The notes beneath the pieces are model-generated. The model did not search any database and was not told the DNA's origin. It saw only the letters and a list, made by a program, of their open reading frames with translations. From positions 1 through 64,000 of the forward strand of contig NIVC01003708.1 of the NCBI GenBank assembly GCA_002269645.1: a stretch of DNA of 64,000 nt, read 5' to 3'. Both the position numbers and the translations under genes were made by a program. The DNA comes from Macrostomum lignano. Taxonomy: Eukaryota. Every line of letters starts with the position of its first letter. Positions within the stretch are counted from its first letter, which is position 1. Below, one piece after another: positions 39,170 through 64,000 of the stretch.

Positions 39170-39400
39170 AGCAGATGTGCAACCGACAGCTCAGCCGCAG
39201 CTATTGTGCGGGGCATCTGCAGGCTGCGTACGGCTGTTCAGTCCAAGGACTGGGGGTCACCACACACCCTGAATTACCACAGCTAATGCTGGTAATCCAT
39301 TTTTATGTCTTGCTCAAGGACACAAATCGTCCAGAGTGGGTCGAGAACCGAATCCCCGACCTTTCAGTCGTGAGTCTGATGCTCCAATCATTGTTAGGCT
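39170..39400 (+). mobile_element. SINE/LINE 3'-tail-like remnant
   Basis: GTCTTGCTCAAGGACAC...GTCGAGAACC resembles the CTTGCCCAAGG(T/A)CAC...CGAACC segment recalled from L2/MIR-type tails. Confidence 0.4.
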
Positions 39401-40362
39401 TCAATCCCGAACATAAGAACTAGAAATTGAGCTACCTGTACCTGACCCTGGGTGCACCGGAGCTCAGGGCAGCTATTCTATCACATCTCATTTCACTCAC
39501 CTACAAGGGCCGTCTTGGCGACGCATGCAACAATGTCCTGTCTTATTAGTTTCCCATTCTGCATCTTAGCTAGGGCGGTCACAGTCACGTTTATCTGATT
39601 TTTTTCAAATGAATGGGTCCAAGCATGCACAATTAGTATAGTTATAATACCACCTTTAGTTAAGTTCTGTTGATAGACAAAAATCTTAACTTTTTCATTC
39701 TTTGATTTCTAGCATCTTACAATAAAATCCCCAAGCAATTCACCGAATGGCTTTATGGTTTGGCGAATTCAGAGAAAATAAAAAGTTAACTATAAAAATG
39801 TGGTCATGATTCGTAGTTTATGGCACAAGCTATAAGGGGCGATCTTAGTTAATCTTTTGCATTATTAATGGCGACATGATTCTTTTTTGTTGTAATTAGT
39901 GACACGGTTCATAATTTTTATTCTACTGCAGGTGTTTGCGTTAATCTACTTATTGTGAATAAATGATTCTGCACTCTACACTCATCACGAACTCTTTCTA
40001 CAACAGAAAAAGTAAATATACGAAGACTAAATTGATGAACGAAGCTTTAGTTTGAGAATTCTGTCGACTGTAGAGTGCTTGTCGATCATGAGGGCTTACT
40101 GAACTGAAACTTGTCATCAACTATCGCTCATTATCTAGCCTAAGGACTAAACGTTTACGGCTCATATTAACTCATCAGCTACATGTACGGGTGAATCCTG
40201 TATTGAATCGTCAATAAACATAACAACCCTATCGCCATTCCTTAATAGCCTAAATGCAGTCAATTAGCTGTGCAAATATTCATGAAACCTACAGTATATA
40301 TCACATAAAGTTAATGCATTGCAATGCGGAGCGGATAAAGCAGAAATCGCTCAACTTTATTT

Positions 40363-41105
40363 ATGGAAAGTCAAAGCAGCATCGGCTGTGCTGTCTGCTG
40401 TCTTCTGCTTCTGCAACCTGTCGTTTGTCGATCCTACGTGTACCACTACATTGGCTGCTACGTTGACAACCCCGATAAGGCCAGAGATTTGACTGGTCTG
40501 CGGGGCATATTGAAACTCGGCAGCTTGGATGTTGGTGCCAAGCAAGGAGTCATTCGTAGCCACCATATGACAGCTGAGTTTTGTAGCAACGCTTGCTCGC
40601 TCGGTGGATTTGCCTACTTCGGACTGCAGTACAGTTCGGAGTGCTTTTGCGGTGCCAGCTACGGGTCGTATGGTGCAGCCAGTTCAGGCTGCGACATGCT
40701 TTGCTCCGGCAGTTCCAAGCAGTACTGCGGTGGAGCTCTTAGAAATTCGATGTTCGCTATTCAGTACCAGGGTGTGTTGGATCGATTTGTATAGGGTTGT
40801 GTCTGTTTATCTAGCTCGTATAACCGTGCAACTTGAAAAACGTCCCGCATTCCCCAGATCCATGCCTCGGATATCGCCAGTCGCCAAGGGCCTACCTGGA
40901 GACGTCAACCATAAATTTCCGGCCCTCACGACAAACCTATTGGACTGCCAATGTCAACAATGTGATCCAGTGCTCGTTCAGCTGCAACTCCAGCTGTCAG
41001 GCCTTCATCTACTCGCAGCTCAAGAGCGTCTGTTACCTGCTAAGCTTTGCTCTCGTGCCCAGAGAGATCGGCACTATTGACGGTGTGTTTCTTATTAGAA
41101 AGTAG
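40363..41105 (+). CDS. Secreted WSC-domain + PAN/Apple-like protein, paralog 1; exons 40363-40771, 40858-41105
   Basis: Signal peptide, then WSC motifs YIGCY.D, MT.E.C...C, FGLQY..ECFCG, C...C.G....CGG...NS. A phase-1 intron precedes CSFSCNSSCQAFIYS...CYLLSFALVP. Confidence 0.88.
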
Positions 41106-41404
41106 AAATAACTATGCACAATGCCTTATAACTATGAGAGTTATAAGCCCAAGAAATGCTATATATATCAAATATACATGTATATATATGATAAAAAAGA
41201 ACATACGCGTTGACTAAAACACTCTTAAAACGGGCCCACCGGCCGGTTGTTTTTATCTGCGCGGTACATGTTTTTTTCGAAGCAACATACTGCTGCCTAC
41301 CTCTAATTACAATCAATAATTGTTGATACATGTTTGGTGACAAATTTAGCTTATTTATAGCGTAAATACCATATATTACTACAACGAAGAGTTGTAGGAT
41401 ATAC

Positions 41405-43460
41405 AAACAACAACAACAAAATACGCGGCCCTGCGAGCAAAGGTCACAGTTGAAGCAGGGCGCGCCGCAGAGCCTGGGAGCGAACGAAGTCCGCTCCGTT
41501 GGCAGTGTCTGGCGCCCCAGCGTCGCACAGCAGGCAGTCCACGTATCGACAGGTCCGGGCCTGACCCCGCCTGAACGGACCCTGCAAGGTGAGCAGCAGG
41601 ACGTCCTGAACAGGTTGGGGGCAGTAGCCCTCGGCCCGGATCACGTGGCCGCCAGTTGAAATCGCCGCCGGCGCAGGATGGTGGACGGACGCTGCAGCTT
41701 GGCCCGATCGTACAGGGCCTCGGTCCCGACGCTCTCGTCAGCTCGAAAGGCCGCACGGAGCAGTCCTGAGTGCGCCGAGTCCAGCTGCCGCTCTAGCGTA
41801 ACGTCTAGCGTCTAGCGCTCTAGCGTAGCCGTCAGCGTCCACGTCTCGGCGTTGTACGGTCTTGGACGGTTTCGACCACCGCCTGCCACAGCCGAGCCCT
41901 CTGGCGGTCGGGCAGCGCTTCGGACTGGAGGACGGCTCGGATCGAACGAAAGGCCACCCATGCAGGCGAGTCCTCTGCACCGCCGGAGGTCCTCTTCCAC
42001 GTGGGGCACCAGACCGCCGAGTTAGGTGAACCGCTGGCAGCGTGCGAGCGTGGTCGTCTGCCAGTCTGCGCCGCGGCACGTCAGGTCCGCTGAGATGTCG
42101 GCCGGCACAGTCAGCACCTCGGTCTTCAGCGTGTTGACGATCAGACCGACGCTCGATGCCACCTCGACTAGTCTGTCGATCTGGCGCTGGTCGCCTTCAA
42201 CGGACGAGGACAGGAGGGCGAGGTCGTCGGCTTAGCCAAGCACTCTTTGGTGCTTTTTGCCGTGTCGGCGACCGATGCGTCTGCGCAGCAGGAAGCCGTC
42301 ATTAGCCGAGGGGAGTGCGGTCCGAAGCACCCAGTCCAGCAGCAGCACGAAGAGGAACGGCGCTAGCGTGTCGCCCTGCAGAACTCCTGATGAAGTATCG
42401 AACAGGTCAGACAGGCCGTCCGCCGTCACCACAGCAGCTCGAGTATCGCGATACAGCAACATGATAGCGTCGATTAGCTGCTGCGGGACCCGGTAGGCTC
42501 GAAGGACGACGGAAGGCTCTCAGCACCGAATCAAACGCTTTTCGAAAGTCAACGAAGACAATTATCAGTGTAGACTGGTGGATGGCCGCCTCCTCGATGA
42601 CCCGGCGGAGTGCGAGGATCTGTGTCACTGTGGCCGGAATCCGTTCTGCTCGTACCGCAGGTACGGGTCCAGCACCGACTGCAGACGATCGAGCAGCAGC
42701 CGATTGAAGAGCTTCGCGGTGCAGGACATCAGCGAGATCCCGCGGTGGTCTTCTTTCCGCGTTGTCCCTGCCTTCTTCGGGATCGGCACGATGTGCGCGA
42801 CGGTCCACTTGGTGGGCGCAGGAGCGCCAGCGAGCACGTGGTTCATGACGCCTGTGACCTGGGAGGCCACACAGCGGAGCTGCAGCGCTTCGACCCGGGA
42901 CTTCGTCGGGGCCAAGCGCCTTGCCGCCTGATGTTTTCCGAGCGAACAGCACAACGTCCTCCGTGGTGACTGGGCTGGTGCAGAAGTCCTCCTCAGCTGG
43001 GAGCGGCGTGTCCAGTGAGAGTGCAAAACTGGCAGCCAGCGGCGACGCGGGCGCGTTCACGATGCCGGCGAAGAAGTCGCGCAATTCATTTCTGCGCTCC
43101 TCCGGGTTCAGGTCTCCGAGCACTGCCAGCGTGTCGCGGTTTGGCACTTCTTCCAGCTGCTCAGCCAGGAAGTCGAAGAAGGCACGAGCCTCCTCGGGGT
43201 GAGCAGCAGTGGGTGCATACGCGCAGAACAGCCGGATGCAGCGGGCGCACAGTCGCAGGTCAACCTGCATCAGTCGCGGGGACAGCGAGATGCAATGCAC
43301 GCTCTGCTGGAGGCGCGGTCGACGCTGCGCGCTGCGCTGACCTCTGCGAGTCCCTGCTGTGCTGAGCTTTGCTGCCGCAGCCGAAGCGCGGCCGTCCGAG
43401 CCAACCGAGGTCATCCGCGGGCTGGTGATCTGGCCGCGATGCCAGGAGGTGTCAGCTCTA
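41405..43460 (-). mobile_element. RTE-clade non-LTR retrotransposon, 5'-truncated, internally deleted and frameshifted
   Basis: APE endonuclease (AYAPT, LGDLN); RT motifs IVPIPKK, RGISLMSC.AKLFNR, EQNGFR, FVDFRKAFDSV, GVLQGDTLAPFLF, *ADDLAL (YADD mutated to TAA); YNAETWTLT; RLQLAGH. (TTG)n tail at 41405-41419. Confidence 0.93.
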
Positions 43461-44004
43461 TTTGCACGGGTGTGCAAATATAATAGCTCTGCAAATATAA
43501 TGGCTCTGCAAATATAATGGCTCTGCAATTACATGTATGTACTCCTGCATACAGGATATTCAATTTACATTTAATACAACATGCAGTGACATCCAGAAGC
43601 TAAAACTCGTCATATATTAAATGCATCAAGTGCTCGCAGAGCTACTAACAAAACTTCAAATAAAAATTGATGTTTCACTACAGCTTCCTGTCTCACTCTC
43701 TAAAAGCTTTCATTGCTTTTTGTATTAGATGCATTCAGCTAAGAAAGCACGGGAAACCGTCCATTTTAGGCAACTATAGACCATTATATACGATCATATT
43801 CCTCAATTCCAGGGGAAAGTGATATTCATACAGAAACGCATCTGATGGCGTTACGAGCGTAAAAGCTTTCTAATAGCCGTATACATTGTTTGCCATTGTG
43901 TCTCCATTTCATTTTTTATGACAAAAAGCATAGCGTTGCTACACACCCATGGCTTTATTTGATTTCAATGTCTAAGCTTCAACTGAAGTCAGCTAGACCC
44001 CAAC

Positions 44005-45083
44005 ATGCAGCACATCGATTTGGATCTAAAATGGACATTGTCCTGCTGCCTGTTTCTACTATCAAAGCTACATCTGGTGCTTTCATCAGTTGCGAATAAT
44101 TTTGACTACGTCGGTTGCTACAATGACACGATAATTCGAGATCTTGATGGACTTTTCGGCATCAAAATGCTCGGGAAGTACAGCGTGGCTCAAACAGATG
44201 ACGGGGGTTTTGTCGCATCAGACAGCATGCGACCCGAACTGTGCAGCTCCATCTGCTCAATCGGAGGCTTTCCGTATTTTGGAGTACAGAACTCGAATGC
44301 TTGCTTGTGCGGCCGCAGATACGGACTGTACGGCGCTCTTGACGAGTCCAAATGCTCGAAAGCCTGCTTGGGAGACGGTTCTCAACGTTGCGGAGCGGCA
44401 TGGATTAATTCGGTCTATGCTCATAGGAAACCCGGTGAGATACTTCTGCTGTAATCTGGGCTAACAAGTCCTCACTGAGTTGCTCTGACGTTCACCTTTT
44501 CAGAAGTATTCAAGTCAGCTAAATCAAAGATGTCGAAATGTAGGAAAACTACTCGTAGTTTGAGAAAATTCTAGGCCTAGGGAGATGGCTATAGCCCAAA
44601 CTAAAGTTATGTTTAGATAAATTTAAGTATGGGTAAATTCGAGGCAGCCACAATGAGCAAGTGACAATTTGAGCTGAAAACAGCCCTCGAATGTGTTGTG
44701 CAATTGCAGCGGCTTGGTCTCAACTTGCAGTATCCAGAAAGTAGGATTTCGAATCCAATACATGAATCTCGCCGGTTTGCGAAGCAACCCACACGTCATG
44801 TACAAAAAGCATCCTTTGGGATTTCTCCGGCATTTCAGTCGGATGCGATCGATTCTATCAAGCTGAGAGAGACTACCTGACTACCTCATCAAACTACTTA
44901 AATCCGCTTTATTGGACTGCCGGCGCCGGCGCCACGCTTGACTGCTCACTCAGCTGCAACTCAAGCTGCCAGGCCTTCATCTACTCCCAAGCCGAGAGCC
45001 TCTGTTACCTGCTGAGCTTTGCTCTGGTGCCCAGAAATCTCACTTATGTCGTTGGATTGTTCTTTGTCAGAGCCTGGAACTAA
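44005..45083 (+). CDS. Secreted WSC-domain + PAN/Apple-like protein, paralog 2; exons 44005-44434, 44839-45083
   Basis: YVGCYND...MRPELCSSICSIGGFPYFGVQNSNACLCG; phase-1 intron G|GTGAG...TTTCAG|TC; exon 2 CSLSCNSSCQAFIYS...CYLLSFALVP...RAWN*. AATAAA overlaps the stop. Confidence 0.88.
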
Positions 45084-45159
45084 ATAAATTCTGGCTTCAC
45101 TCTCCCATATTATTAGATTTATAGGCTGCGAATTCACAGAAAAAACATTATGAATATCA

Positions 45160-45685
45160 GCTACAGAGGGATGTCAGCTACAGAGGAATTTCAGCTACAG
45201 AGGGATGTCAGCTACAGAGAGTTGTCAGCTACCGAGGGGTATCAGCTACCAGGGGTGTCAGCTACAGAAGGAACGTCAGTTACAGAGGGAATGTCAGCTA
45301 CAGAGGGAATGTCAGCTTCAGAGGGTATGTCAGCTACAGAGGGAATGTCAGTTACAGAGGGGTGTCAGCTACAGAGGAATGTCAGCTACAGAGGGGTGTC
45401 AGCTACAGAGGGGTGTCAGCTACAGAGGGGTGTCAGCTACAGAGGGGTGTCAGCTACAGAGGGGTGTCAGCTACAGAGGGGTGTCAGCTACAGAGGGGTG
45501 TCAGCTACAGAGGGGTGTCAGCTACAGAGGGGTGTCAGCTACAGAGGGGTGTCAGCTACAGAGGGGTGTCAGCTACAGAGGGGTGTCAGCTACAGAGGGG
45601 TGTCAGCTACAGAGGGGTGTCAGCTACAGAGGGGTGTCAGCTACAGAGGGGTGTCAGCTACAGAGGAGTGTCAGCTACCGAGAAA
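45160..45685. repeat. 17-bp minisatellite (GTCAGCTACAGAGGGGT)
   Basis: About 30 copies; homogeneous on the right, degenerate on the left. Confidence 0.96.
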
Positions 45686-46672
45686 CCGAGAGGGTAGCAG
45701 GCAAGCCACATAGGAAGATAGATACTCAGCTGAAAAAACTCCCGAGGCAATGCTCGTGCTCAGTTGGGCTCGGTTTTATGGCTATCCATTGTGCAAGTTG
45801 ACTTAACTATTTACCACTTTTTTTCTCTTGCTAAGTACGCGGATTGAATTCGTTTAAATTTTCACAGTTCTGTCGCGAAACGAAATAGCATGCTTATGAG
45901 GTGTTTTATTTGTATAATTAGCTATCTTTAATTCATTGACAAAAGCATATGCAGTGTTTCCATCCGGAGGTAAGACATGCTTACAAAACATTTTAGCGTA
46001 TATTAACTTGACGCTAAAATATATATCGTAGACTTTTTCGTCTTCAATAACTCTTAAAATCTGAACTAAGTAACAAACAATTTTTGCTGTGGAATTTCAG
46101 TTAGGGAAATTCAAGACAATATAATACGAAAATCTATCTTCACAACTGCTTTTTCTGAGTATTTTAGTGTAAGAAAAGTAAAGAGTTGCAAATCATAGAA
46201 TACAAGAGGCATCTGGTCCATTGTCTGCGTTGGCTAAAATTAGTACAGACGTATTTTCCTGAAGTTAATAAATATTAAGTGATTATATAGACAGGTTTGG
46301 TCTACAGTTTGTACTACTCTAACAAAGACGGCTACATAGAAAAGCTGTTTGATGCAGTTATTGGTAGAAAAGAACGCGTAAAATTACCGCTATCAAAGTA
46401 AATTTGTTCAAATTGTTTTTTTCTTTGAAACATTTGATATCTTTAAATAGCTCTAAAATAATAAGTGGAGAAAACCTACACCCTTAAGTATAAAACTTAG
46501 TCTTCAGTCTTCAGTGATAGAGATTAGAGGCTTGTTTTGAACGTTTTATAAAAATCAATCAGCCGACTGTCTGAGCTGCAGCCTGTGAACCAGCTGCGAC
46601 CGGCGCGGCGGATACGGCCGTTCCGTTGTCGAGTACCGGCCCGGACAGTGCCACCAGGCCGCCTTGTGCCCG

Positions 46673-64000
<17,328 letters not shown>

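Noticed and set aside
43470-43530. Three copies of GCAAATATAAT(A/G)GCTCT at the LINE 5' junction
   Set aside because: Too short to interpret; not a recognisable TSD.

Overview
Eukaryotic (animal) genomic DNA with spliceosomal GT-AG introns. The style (many private minisatellites, WSC-domain genes, CpG-rich coding exons) suggests a free-living flatworm such as Macrostomum; this is inference only. From left to right: a 9.8-kb 51-bp satellite with higher-order structure; an intronless, frameshifted TMEM86/YhhN-like gene (+); CCDC191 (-, 5 exons) surrounded by minisatellites that carry TTC-N3-GAA palindromes; DAP1 (-), whose 9.7-kb intron is a strongly CpG-depleted pile of decayed transposons (Ty3/Gypsy, probable hAT, MITEs, GA tract); an equilibrative nucleoside transporter (+, 3 exons); three paralogous secreted WSC + PAN/Apple-like genes (+); a truncated RTE LINE; and a long NACHT/P-loop + TPR gene (-, runs off the right end). 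The introns of that last gene host one WSC paralog, a class A GPCR, a ~780-bp (GATA)n tract and a young, internally deleted Gypsy LTR element inserted into a minisatellite. Best leads: the STAT/GAS-like palindrome arrays around CCDC191, the WSC-PAN secreted family, the CpG-depletion domain, and the nested antisense genes. Most short ORFs in the supplied track are repeat or antisense artefacts. All exon boundaries were read by eye.
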